Under the pieces are notes generated by a model. It saw only the letters and a list, made by a program, of their open reading frames with translations. It made no database searches and was not told where the DNA came from. From Octopus sinensis (taxonomy: Eukaryota): a DNA stretch of 13,357 bases. Position numbers and translations under genes: made by a program. The stretch spans positions 1 to 13,357 of the forward strand of contig NW_021826194.1 of the NCBI RefSeq assembly GCF_006345805.1. Direction: 5' to 3'. Shown here in pieces: positions 1 through 8,845 of the stretch (position 1 is its first letter; every line of letters starts with the position of its first letter).

Positions 1-70
1 CAGAATACAGAGAAATAGAACGAGCACAGCAAAGCATTCGATTCGATTCTCTAACGACCCCCCGCCATTG
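1..70 (-). mobile_element. Degenerate 5' head of a tRNA-derived SINE, cut off by the window edge
   Basis: Reverse complement (…tggcgggggtcgttagagaatcgaatcgaatgctttgctgtg…tattctg) resembles the SINE heads at 972 and 5517 (gaatcgttagag…acgttctg). Confidence 0.5.
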
Positions 71-358
71 GCTCCTGCACCTCGTTGCAGCGCTGACCCT
101 GAAAGAAAAAGATGGTAGCATGATCATCATAGTTTGATTCTGATATCATCGAGATCTGTTCGAGACAGACAAAGACTGAAGAAATACCACAAGGTACTTT
201 TTCTTTCCAACGCTCCAATAGACAAGACCGTCTGACATCGTACTACAGACATGTATCTCTCTGGAGGGCATCGAGAGCAGTTTCATAAGCGCTATACACG
301 AAACTCTCACTCTGTGGCTTCTCTCGGTTAAAGATAAAAATAATTATTTCCTCTAGAT

Positions 359-598
359 CAGGGGTTCTCAACTGGAGTCCATATGACAGTTGGGGGCACC
401 ATATAAGATTTTGTCCTTAAAATTTATCTGCAAAATATATTGGTAATATTTCTACAATGTACAAAATATGTTAATTCTTTCTATAATTCCTTATAAAATT
501 TAATGGGATTTTTTAGGACATTGGATGTCTATGAGGTTCCATCCCAGTATAATATGGATGAAAGAGGTTAACAGGTGAAAAATAGTTGAGAACCACTG
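359..598. mobile_element. Non-autonomous hAT (Charlie-like) DNA transposon / MITE, 240 bp
   Basis: 15-bp TIRs CAGGGGTTCTCAACT (359-373) and AGTTGAGAACCACTG (584-598) with 1 mismatch. Left flank CTCTAGAT (351-358) fits the NTCTAGAN Charlie target. CTCTAG recurs at 601-606, 2 bp off register, so the TSD is imperfect. No coding capacity. Confidence 0.8.
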
Positions 599-607
599 TA
601 CTCTAGT

Positions 608-772
608 AACAAGGAAAACATCTTTTAGTGGAGGGGAGCTGATTACATCAACACTAGTATTTGACTGGCAATTATTCTTTTGTCCACCCGCGATGGCATT
701 TGAACTCAAAACGTAAAGCCAAAATGAATGCTGTTTTAAGCCAACGTACTAAGGATTCTGCCATGACCCCAC
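608..772 (-). mobile_element. Degenerate tRNA-derived SINE with an internal deletion
   Basis: gattacatcaacactagt…tttgaactcaaaacgtaaag…taaggattctgcca is the reverse complement of the family at 972-1182; B-box remnant present. Confidence 0.6.
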
Positions 773-783
773 CTTTATTAATG

Positions 784-926
784 GTTTGAAATTTTGGCAC
801 AAAGCCTTGTGATTTTAAAAGCGAGCGTTAGAGGATGACATCGATTGGCAGAATTTAAACTCAAAACACAATCAGTCGGAAGGAAGAACACAAAGCATCC
901 CCCCACCGTCGCATTAACGATTGTCA
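784..926 (-). mobile_element. Second degenerate copy of the same tRNA-derived SINE
   Basis: aaattttggcacaaagcc…acatcga…ggcagaatttaaactcaaaac…ttaacgattgtca aligns loosely with the reverse complement of 972-1182. Confidence 0.5.
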
Positions 927-971
927 TCTCAATGCCCGCGGGTTAAAAATACTGATAAACATACTGACGTA

Positions 972-1182
972 GGGCAAAGACCTGACAGAATCGTTATCGC
1001 GACGAGCAAACTACTTCGAGGTATTTCGTTCATCTTTACGTTCTGAGTTCGAACTCAACCGAGGTTGACTTGGCCTTTCATCGTTTTGGGATCGATGAAA
1101 TAAGTACCACTCAAGCACTGGGGTCGAAGTAATCGACTTTGTCCCCTACCGCGAAATTGTTGCCCTTGAGCCAAAATCTGCA
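972..1182 (+). mobile_element. Near full-length tRNA-derived SINE (family with central GCCTTTCATC…GGGGTCGA block)
   Basis: Head tgacagaatcgtta, B-box GAGTTCGAACTC (1045-1056), central block gttgacttggcctttcatcgttttgggatcgatgaaataagtacca, 3' ctggggtcgaagtaatcgact…gccaaaat. Homologous to 10103-10266. Confidence 0.85.
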
Positions 1183-1272
1183 GAACCGTAAGCACGCCGT
1201 GCAAAATGATGGTGGCATGTCGTCTGTCTTTACGTTCTGAGCAGAAATTCCGCTGAAGTCGACTTCACTTTC
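1179..1272 (+). mobile_element. Tandem 3'-truncated second SINE copy
   Basis: tgcagaaccgtaagcacgccg…tctttacgttctgag…aattccgctgaagtcgacttcactttc repeats the head of the preceding copy. Confidence 0.7.
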
Positions 1273-1399
1273 TACCAAAATTTCAACTCAATATGTATAT
1301 CAAACAAGAGCGTATTTATTCACTAAGTTGGATCGTACCTTCTGCATAAACTGCAACAAAATCAGGTGGGAAAAATTCTATGTAAACTTTGATACTCAC

Positions 1400-1432
1400 C
1401 TGATATTGTGTGAGTGTACAAATAAGTTCATC
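1400..1432 (-). other. Candidate 33-nt exon, DELICTLTQYQ, phase 0-0 (speculative)
   Basis: Consensus donor CAG|GTGAGT (intron starts 1399). Acceptor catgttag| has a poor pyrimidine tract. Frame is open. Confidence 0.15.
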
Positions 1433-1490
1433 CTAACATGTAGCCTCAATTTAAGTTCCTAATCCAACTGAATCTCAATTACATTATACA

Positions 1491-1668
1491 TTACTCGTTT
1501 ACTTGTTTCAGTCATTTGACTGCGGCCATGCTGGAACACCGCCTTTAGTCGAGCAACTCGACCCCAGGACTTATCTTATTCTTTGTAAGCCCAGTACTTA
1601 TTCTATCGGTCTCTTTTGCCGAACCGCTAAGTTACGGGGACGTAAACACACCAGCATCGGTTGTCAAG
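1491..1668 (-). mobile_element. SINE 3' module (LINE-like tail ending …tgactgaaacaagtaaa)
   Basis: Nearly identical to 9973-10102 and homologous to the interrupted plus-strand copy at 9341-9442/9772-9842. Confidence 0.85.
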
Positions 1669-1731
1669 AGAGAAAAACACAGACACACAAACATATACAC
1701 ACACATACACACATATATATATATACATATA

Positions 1732-1897
1732 TACGACAGGCTTCTTTCAGTTTCCGTCTACCAAATCCACTCACAAGGCTTTGGTCGGTCCGAGGCTATA
1801 GCAGAAGACACTTGCCCAAGGTGCCACGCAGTGTGACTGAACCCGGAACCATGTGTTGGTTAGCAAGATACTTACCAATAAGCCATTCCTGCGCACT
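1732..1897 (-). mobile_element. tRNA-derived CORE-type SINE (octopus OR-like)
   Basis: Reverse complement carries a tRNA-like head, B-box-like ggttcagtc and CORE-like ccttgggcaagtgtcttct. Four copies in the window (1732, 4899, 8519, 8964). Confidence 0.88.
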
Positions 1898-1915
1898 ATA
1901 AAGAGCTGCGACCAC

Positions 1916-1989
1916 ATATATATATATATATATAGATATATATATATATATATGATATATACAAGTATATATAGATATATATAATAAAT

Positions 1990-2033
<44 letters not shown>

Positions 2034-2073
2034 CAATGTATTATATATATATATATATATATATATCAATGTA

Positions 2074-2122
<49 letters not shown>
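1916..2122. repeat. Interrupted (TA)n microsatellite
   Basis: Direct reading. Confidence 0.95.
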
Positions 2123-2280
2123 GTATGTTATACTGACGTATTAATCCTGTTATTTCTACCAAAACTGAGCTATGATACTTGGTAGTGCACTCTCTTAATA
2201 AAGGCAAATACATCGATCCGGTATCGAATAATACCCGGCTCTATATTCTACGAAAAATATTCAAATAGCGCCAAGAAAGC

Positions 2281-2348
2281 TATATATGTATATATGTGTG
2301 GATATATATGAATATATATTCGAGTGGCTGCCATTGTTTCAGCGTATA

Positions 2349-2389
<41 letters not shown>

Positions 2390-2515
2390 TTATGTGTCTG
2401 TGTGTTTGCATGTGCTTGTGTATTTTATATGTGTACGTGTATGTGTATATATATACTTGTGTGCATGAATTTGTGAGAGACAGAGAGTGTGAGAGAGAGA
2501 GAGAAAGAGGGAGAA
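2281..2515. repeat. Compound (TA)/(TG)n/(GA)n microsatellite
   Basis: Pure (TG)n at about 2353-2388 and (GA)n at about 2488-2512. Confidence 0.9.
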
Positions 2516-2944
2516 TAAGAGAGTGCATTATAACTAAATAAAAAGCATCTTAAAATATTCTTAAATGGTTTATTTGTAAAAATGAAACAAATAATAATAA
2601 AAATTGCAAATTTTTCACGATCTAAACCTACATCACAAATAAAATAACATTTAATGAGTGAAAACATACATACATATGCTTATATATATATATATATATA
2701 TTTATTTATGTGTATGGATGCGTGTGGAGTGGGGAGTAGAGGCGCTATGAAACACCAACGATGATTGAATTTCCGTGTATTTAAAACAATAAACATAAAA
2801 TAATTAATCCCTATATCCTCAATACGAAACGTTTAGTGTAGGTAAGAGGGGGGGGGGCGTTGCGGTGGGGGGAATGTTTAAAGAAAGACGAGTGTTAAAC
2901 ACAATTTAACCCAAACAGAAACACTACGAATGACCTCAAACAAT

Positions 2945-3007
2945 ATGTATATATGTATGTACCTATACAAATGTGTGTTTGTACGAGTTTGTATGTGTGT
3001 GTATGTA

Positions 3008-3062
<55 letters not shown>

Positions 3063-3470
3063 ATTTACGTATGGATATATATATACACATACATACATAC
3101 ATACACTCACAAACACACATACACACAGATAGACACTTTCCTCTAGGTATATGCACACGCATACACATGGATGTATTATGCATGTATGTGTGTGTTTATG
3201 TGTTATACATATATATATGTATGTGTGTGTATATATATATATATACATATACAACACATACACATACACACACGCGACATATGCCGACAACAAAACAATT
3301 GAAAACAAGTGTGTAAAGTACATAACAAGAAAAAATAATATATATATCTGAGAAACAGAGGCCAGCATGCACATACATGTATGTATGTATACACACACAC
3401 ACACACATACATACAAACATTTATACATATATATATACATATATATACGTATGTATACATATGTATGTAT
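2945..3470. repeat. Degenerate compound TA/TG/CA/TACA microsatellite field
   Basis: Direct reading; accounts for all ORFs at 2878-3487. Confidence 0.9.
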
Positions 3471-3659
3471 ATTGGCAACGTTATCACTTAAGGCTGTTTC
3501 TATATCATAATTTGTCGAGAGGAGCCACGTGTCTGTGAGAACGTCTCAGACAGAGATGTCGTGTATAGGGGGCGCTGACGACTGCCTTTCGGCAACTGAA
3601 GTCATCATAGAAGGAAATCTGATGTGACATTTTATTTTATTTTGACGATTGCAAAAATG

Positions 3660-3958
3660 GTATGGATGGTTGGATGGGGTGGGGCGATGGTGGCGATGGT
3701 GGCGGTGGTGGTGGTGGTGGTGATGGTAGTGGTGGTGTTGGTTGTTGTTGGTGCTGTTGGTGTTGGCTGTGGTGGTGGTTGTGGTGGTGGTTGTGGTGTT
3801 TGTAATGGTGGTTTTGTTGCTGTTGTTATTGTTGATGATTACGGAATTGGTTATTATGAATGTGGTGGTAGTGTTTGCTTTTGACGGTGGCGGGGGTTGC
3901 AGCAATGGTTGTTGTTGTGTTGGTGCTGGTTATGGTGGTGATGGTGGTGGTGTGTTCG
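3660..3958. repeat. (GGT)/(GTT) trinucleotide low-complexity tract
   Basis: Direct reading; gives poly-Val on plus and poly-His/Thr/Asn on minus. Confidence 0.9.
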
Positions 3959-3959
3959 T

Positions 3960-4690
3960 GTAAGAGAGAAGGAATTATAGCGAATAAGAAATATTGAAAG
4001 AATGAATGATAAAGGAAGGAGTGAAGAGACAGATAGGAAGTAAAAACGAGAGAGGGGGAAGGAGGAGTGTATAGTGGTGATGGTGGTGGTGGTGGTGGTG
4101 GTGGTCATCGGTGTCGTTGTCGTCGTGGTGGTCGTTGTGAGAGAAAGTGACAGAGATGAAAAGTGTAAGATATTTCTGAAAGAATGGAAAAGTAGGAAGA
4201 AAACAATTTAAAGACGCAAAGATATGAATAGATGAAGAAAAATGGAGGGAAAGGAGGAGGGGGAGAAAATGGCAATAGACTGAAAGAAAGAAAGAAAAAT
4301 AGAAAGAAAAAAAGAAAGAAAAAAGAAAGCGGGAAAAGAAAAAGTGAGAAAGAGGGGAGAAAGAAAGGAAGGAAGAAAGAAAGAAAGAAAAGAGAGAAAA
4401 GAAAAAGTGAGAAAGAGGGGAGAAAGGAAGCAAGGAAGGAAGAAAGCGAAAGAAAGAAACAAAGAAACAAAGAAGGTAGATAGGTGAGAGAATGAATGAG
4501 GCAAATATAACCAAGCGATAGAGGAATACATTGAGAAATTGTAAAAAAAAGAGGTGGAGGAGGAGGAGGAGGAGTAAGAAAAACTGGGTCCTATGTGAGA
4601 GGAAAGAGAAAAGATAAAAAGTAAGAAAGAGATAAGGAGAAGGAATGTCAAAAAGAAAAAAAAAACGAACTGAAAAGAAAAGAAATGTAT
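3960..4690. repeat. Purine-rich (GA/GAAA/GGA) low-complexity tract with embedded (GGT)n and a 31-bp direct repeat
   Basis: Strong strand asymmetry. gaaaagaaaaagtgagaaagaggggagaaag occurs at 4333-4363 and 4396-4426. Confidence 0.88.
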
Positions 4691-4898
4691 ACAATAGAAA
4701 CGGTGAGGTGCCAATCGAAGAAGTCTGTTGTGATGGGCGAAACGTTGTAAATAACAACGAAAATGGCGCAAATCTCCTCAAAGGTGAATTTATGACATCT
4801 TTCCACTTTATATTTGTAGATGGATGTCAGCTTTTTATATCACATCTGTTCAGGTTTATGGATTATGTACATACATACATATAATTTGTGTGTGTGTG

Positions 4899-5034
4899 TT
4901 GCTTACCAGCCACATGGTTCCGGGTTCAGTCCCAATGCATGGCACCATGAGTGATTGTCTTCTACTATAGTCTCGGGCCGACCAAAGCCTTGTGAGTCGA
5001 TTTAGTAGAAAGAAACTGAAAGAAGCCCATCGTA
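4899..5034 (+). mobile_element. 5'-truncated CORE-type SINE
   Basis: ttgcttaccagccacatggttccgggttcagtccc…ccgaccaaagccttgtgag…ctgaaagaagcccatcgta matches 8964-9129. Confidence 0.88.
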
Positions 5035-5152
<118 letters not shown>

Positions 5153-5160
5153 ATGGTCGA

Positions 5161-5343
5161 CCGCTAAATCCACAAGTTTTTTTCATTCAGTTTATTTTCT
5201 CTTATTCCTTTCTGTTGAAGAAGAGCGTAGGCACGAAACGTAAAAGACTTTTTCACTTTTCATCTTTCTGAGCGTCAAACTAATACACCTGCTAATCTTT
5301 CATACACCTGTCTTCGTCTTTTGTTTTTCTATAAATTTCAGCT
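5161..5343 (+). mobile_element. Dispersed repeat, probable Penelope-like element terminal-repeat fragment (copy A)
   Basis: Homologous to 8312-8480 over about 170 bp (cgctaaatccacaa…gttgaagagcgtaggc.cgaaa.gtaaaa…gagcgtcaaactaatacacctgct…acacctgtcttc.tcttttgttttt) and contains a hammerhead-like motif. The PLE assignment is inferred. Confidence 0.6.
5208..5246 (+). ncRNA. Degenerate minimal type I hammerhead ribozyme-like motif
   Basis: Helix I cttt/aaag; core CTGTTGA (A6>U relative to CUGANGA) plus extra aag; helix II gagc-gtag-gcac; GAAAC; palindromic helix III ACGT; GUA site at 5240-5242. Confidence 0.5.
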
Positions 5344-5344
<1 letters not shown>

Positions 5345-5374
<30 letters not shown>

Positions 5375-5495
5375 TATATATGTATGTATGTATATTATCT
5401 GTATGTGTGCATTTATGTTTTGTGCATGTATGCATATACATGTAGTTTGTATGCAAATGTATGCGTAATGTACGGATGCATGTTTGCATATATAT
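5345..5495. repeat. (CA)n followed by degenerate TATG repeats
   Basis: Direct reading. Confidence 0.85.
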
Positions 5496-5516
5496 TTAAG
5501 TATTTAAGACTAGTGC

Positions 5517-5675
5517 ATTGGTGGAATCGTTAGAGCATCGGAAAAAATTACCATGTACTATTCAGTTGCATGCCTTATCGCTCCGAGTTCGATTCCAGCC
5601 GAAACTCACTTTACTTTCCATCGTAGAAAAGGTTAATAAAACAAAATACCTGAGAAATAGTAGAAGTTCATTTAA
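5517..5675 (+). mobile_element. Degenerate tRNA-derived SINE (family of 972-1182)
   Basis: Head tggtggaatcgttagagcatcggaaaaaat, B-box GAGTTCGATTCC (5585-5596), decayed central block actttactttccatcgt…aataaaa…aatacc. Confidence 0.65.
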
Positions 5676-6089
5676 TCGTCAAGATGCACAAATGACAAAT
5701 AGCTTATTGAACGAAGGAAGTATTTACTCATATCGTAGTTAGAAGCTATTAACGTTGTATATACACACGTGCATAGACATGCATAAGTGTATATTTATAT
5801 GTGCGTATATAAATGTGTGAGAGTGTGTATGCAGTGGAGGGGTGGAGACGGTGAGTAACTCATCAAATTACAAGTAATCACACGAAGAAAAACAAATTTT
5901 AAAAACATAGAAACGTAGAATGAGATAAACAGGGGGCGTCGGAAGAGTTGGGAGGGGAGGAGAAACAAAAAAAAATCAATAATAAAACAATATCGACATA
6001 GTATTACTCAATAAAACATCTTATTTGCACTTATTCCAAATTAATTAAGGATCCGTTCCCTTCTCGCAGGAACGCGTGAAAACATCTTG

Positions 6090-6161
6090 TATGCGTGTAC
6101 ATATATACATACATATATACATGCATACATACATACATACATACATGCACGCATGCATGCA

Positions 6162-6192
<31 letters not shown>

Positions 6193-6224
6193 TTCACTAT
6201 TTATCTATCTATCTATCTACATAC

Positions 6225-6292
<68 letters not shown>

Positions 6293-6316
6293 TTCTCTAT
6301 CTATCTATCTACATAC

Positions 6317-6359
<43 letters not shown>

Positions 6360-6375
6360 CCTACACCTCTCTCTC

Positions 6376-6424
<49 letters not shown>
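6090..6424. repeat. Compound (ATAC)n-(ATCT)n-(CT)n-(TA)n microsatellite
   Basis: (ATCT)n at about 6163-6362; accounts for the YLSI/IYLS ORFs. Confidence 0.95.
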
Positions 6425-6430
<6 letters not shown>

Positions 6431-6583
6431 ACTGCAGATAGCTGTAAGCGTAAAAATATTTCTATGCATGCAAATGTATCTATATATATATTTGTGTGTG
6501 TGTTTGTGTGTGCTTGTTGTGTTGTGTGTATGTGTGCCTGTGTTGATTGAAACAGCAGTGTAATTACGAAGTTCTTTCCACAG

Positions 6584-6664
6584 ATATAAACTGCAAATTT
6601 GGGTGAAATGCAAATTTGATTGCCCAAATGGTTTTTTAAAAAATCTAGATGGGGCCAACACATA
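6584..6664 (+). other. Candidate 81-nt symmetric exon, YKLQIWVKCKFDCPNGFLKNLDGANT (speculative)
   Basis: Acceptor gttctttccacag| (ends 6583), weak donor |gttagt (6665), open in one frame, phase 2-2. Confidence 0.18.
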
Positions 6665-6964
6665 GTTAGTGGAATATTGATGTGTGTGTGTACGTGTATA
6701 TGTTCGTGTGTATGTGTCTGTGAGTGAGGGTTCCTGTGAGTATGTTTGTGTGCGTATGTGTGCGCGTGTATGTCCTGTGTGTGTACGTTCAGTGTTGATT
6801 GTCGTCAGAAAAATTACTCAGTGCCATGGTAGAGAGGAATAATATTTTAAATTTGGTCGAATCATTGTCTTGCTATTGTGAGTTTTACCTATAGGTTGCA
6901 CAGGGTTCTAAACACGCCTGAAGACTTTTGGATTCATAGGCAAAACAAACGAATGACTCATTGA

Positions 6965-7345
6965 ATATATATATATATATATATATATACTCTTTATCTT
7001 TTATTAAACTTTTAATACTTTTGATATTTATATTTAAAAAAAAAAATAAATAAAATAATAAATAAATAAATAAATAAATAAAATAATATATAAATATAAA
7101 ATATACATACAGATATATATATATATATATTTGTATATATATATTTAAAATTTATAAGTTTAAATTATTTAAATAATTTTTTAATTTTAACTTTATATTT
7201 TAAATTAATTTTATGTATTAGCTTATGTTTTTCGCTGTTCGATTTGCCTAATAGTGGTTTTATCTCTTATTTAATTATAATATAATATAATATATATATA
7301 TATATATATATAAATTATATAAATAAAAATAAGATCGTTAATTTA
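6965..7345. repeat. Extremely AT-rich tract with (TA)n and (AAAT)n
   Basis: Direct reading. Confidence 0.85.
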
Positions 7346-7414
7346 AAAATAAAACAACGATTTTATCAAGTGGTCAGCATGGAAAAAATAACCTTCAAAG
7401 GCGATAATTATCAA

Positions 7415-7622
7415 AATTATAAATTAGGGTATCTACGAGATACCATCATGCTGAAAACAGCAGCCATGATCTGACTCTAAAACCACCTTAATTGTCCATA
7501 TATCAACATATATCTCTTTGTTTCTTCCGTGTTGATATATGGACAATTAAGGTGGTTTTAGAGTGAGATCATGGCTGCTATTTTCAGCATGGTGGTATCT
7601 CGTAAAACCCTAATTTATAATT
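7415..7622. repeat. Long near-perfect inverted repeat (foldback/MITE-like hairpin 1)
   Basis: Arms 7415-7508 and 7530-7622 (94/93 bp) with about 6 differences including 1 indel; 21-nt spacer. Confidence 0.95.
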
Positions 7623-7645
7623 ATATATATATATATATATCTATA

Positions 7646-7737
<92 letters not shown>

Positions 7738-7820
7738 TATCTATATATAATTACTATATATATGTATGTATGTATACATGTTGTATGTATGTATGTATAT
7801 ATATATATATATATATATAT
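7623..7820. repeat. (TA)n/(TATG)n microsatellite
   Basis: Direct reading. Confidence 0.95.
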
Positions 7821-7993
7821 GATTGAAGGTATGTTATCTCTAAGGTGTTTTAACACCGGCAACATGAGAGTTATATACTCCGATACCTCATTGCAGTCAC
7901 CGGAAAATACATAAAGCATAAACATCAGTATATGTATTTAATAACATCTATTATGCTAGAGCTGCTTTTACCTGATATCTAAATACATACATA

Positions 7994-8134
7994 CAAGGCA
8001 GCGTGAAATTTCTAGGTCATTTATAAAGGGAGACGTAGTCTTACAGCTGTTTCATGGATATAAAGGATATCCCAGAAACAGCTGTAAGACTAGCTTTCTC
8101 TTTATAAATGTCCTAGAAATTTCACACTGTCTTG
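7994..8134. repeat. Inverted repeat (hairpin 2): 68-bp arms, 5-nt loop
   Basis: Arms 7994-8061 and 8067-8134, 59/68 complementary, loop aaagg. No TSD in the flanks. Confidence 0.93.
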
Positions 8135-8311
8135 GCTTTGTTGTCTCATTTTACCTAACATATACACGCTCAGACACGATCCATGTTAGACTCCTCACTC
8201 ATACTATTATCGAACCGGGAGTCTAATAGCGGTCCTTCTGCAGCACTTACATAGCCTTACCTGCCTTTGGGGTCTTCTGGATACAAAAGCCTTTCATATA
8301 TACATATACAT

Positions 8312-8479
8312 CGCTAAATCCACAAATCTTTTTTTTTATTCTCTCTCGGTTTATTTCCTTGTTGAAGAGCGTAGGCTCGAAATGTAAAAAACTTTCTCAC
8401 CTTCTCGAGCGTCAAACTAATACACCTGCTTGTTGTTTATACACCTGTCTTCTTCTTTTGTTTTTCTGTATATTTCATC

Positions 8480-8480
<1 letters not shown>
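8312..8480 (+). mobile_element. Probable Penelope-like terminal-repeat fragment (copy B) with decayed hammerhead motif at about 8356-8390
   Basis: Homologous to 5161-5343. Perfect helix II GAGC-GTAG-GCTC followed by GAAATGTA. Confidence 0.6.
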
Positions 8481-8510
<30 letters not shown>

Positions 8511-8518
8511 ATACATAT

Positions 8519-8686
8519 ATAGGACGTGCTTCTTTCAGTTTCCGTCTACGAAATCCACTCACAAGGCTTTGGTCGGTCCGTGACTATAGTAGAAAACACT
8601 TGCCCAAGGTGACACACAGTGGGAATGAACCTGGACCCATGTGGTTGGTAAGCAAACTACCTACCACACAGCCACTCCTGCGCCTA
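8519..8686 (-). mobile_element. CORE-type SINE, full head and body
   Basis: Reverse complement taggcgcaggagtggctgtgtggtagg…ccttgggcaagtg…ctgaaagaagc. Confidence 0.9.
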
Positions 8687-8845
8687 TATAATATTTTTCA
8701 ATATAATGTCCACCTGTACTTAAGTTTCTTCCTTTGAACAAGAAAGCAATCTTCAACGAGAAAAGATATTCAAAAGATATTCGCCTTTATTATACACCGT
8801 ATATTTCGATGTCCAAAAATTGAAACAAACGGAACCATATGAAGA

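Noticed and set aside
133-290. About 50 open codons on plus with an internal AAG|GTACTT
   Set aside because: No start codon, weak acceptor and no recognisable product.
1503-1901. 132-aa ORF and its relatives at 8495, 8839, 9645 and 9977
   Set aside because: They lie in SINE copies; their mutual similarity is repeat homology, not a protein family.
3575-3603. CTGACGA followed by a tgcc-tttc-ggca stem (hammerhead-like)
   Set aside because: No GAAA directly after the stem and no helix III or cleavage triplet.
3546-3905. Poly-His/Thr/Asn ORF resembling a low-complexity transcription factor region
   Set aside because: It is a (GGT/GTT)n tract open in several frames on both strands, with no domain and no splice support.
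3975-4781. 268-aa Phe/Leu/Ser ORF (pseudo-membrane protein) and the Lys/Arg-rich ORF at 4232
   Set aside because: Both are products of the purine/pyrimidine tract.
6918-6946. CTGAAGA…GGCAAAAC hammerhead-like spacing
   Set aside because: No G-C closing pair or stable helix II, and GAAA is absent.
8255-8280. Minus-strand 16-nt micro-exon with CAG|GTAAGG
   Set aside because: Not frame-preserving and lies in a probably repeat-derived segment.
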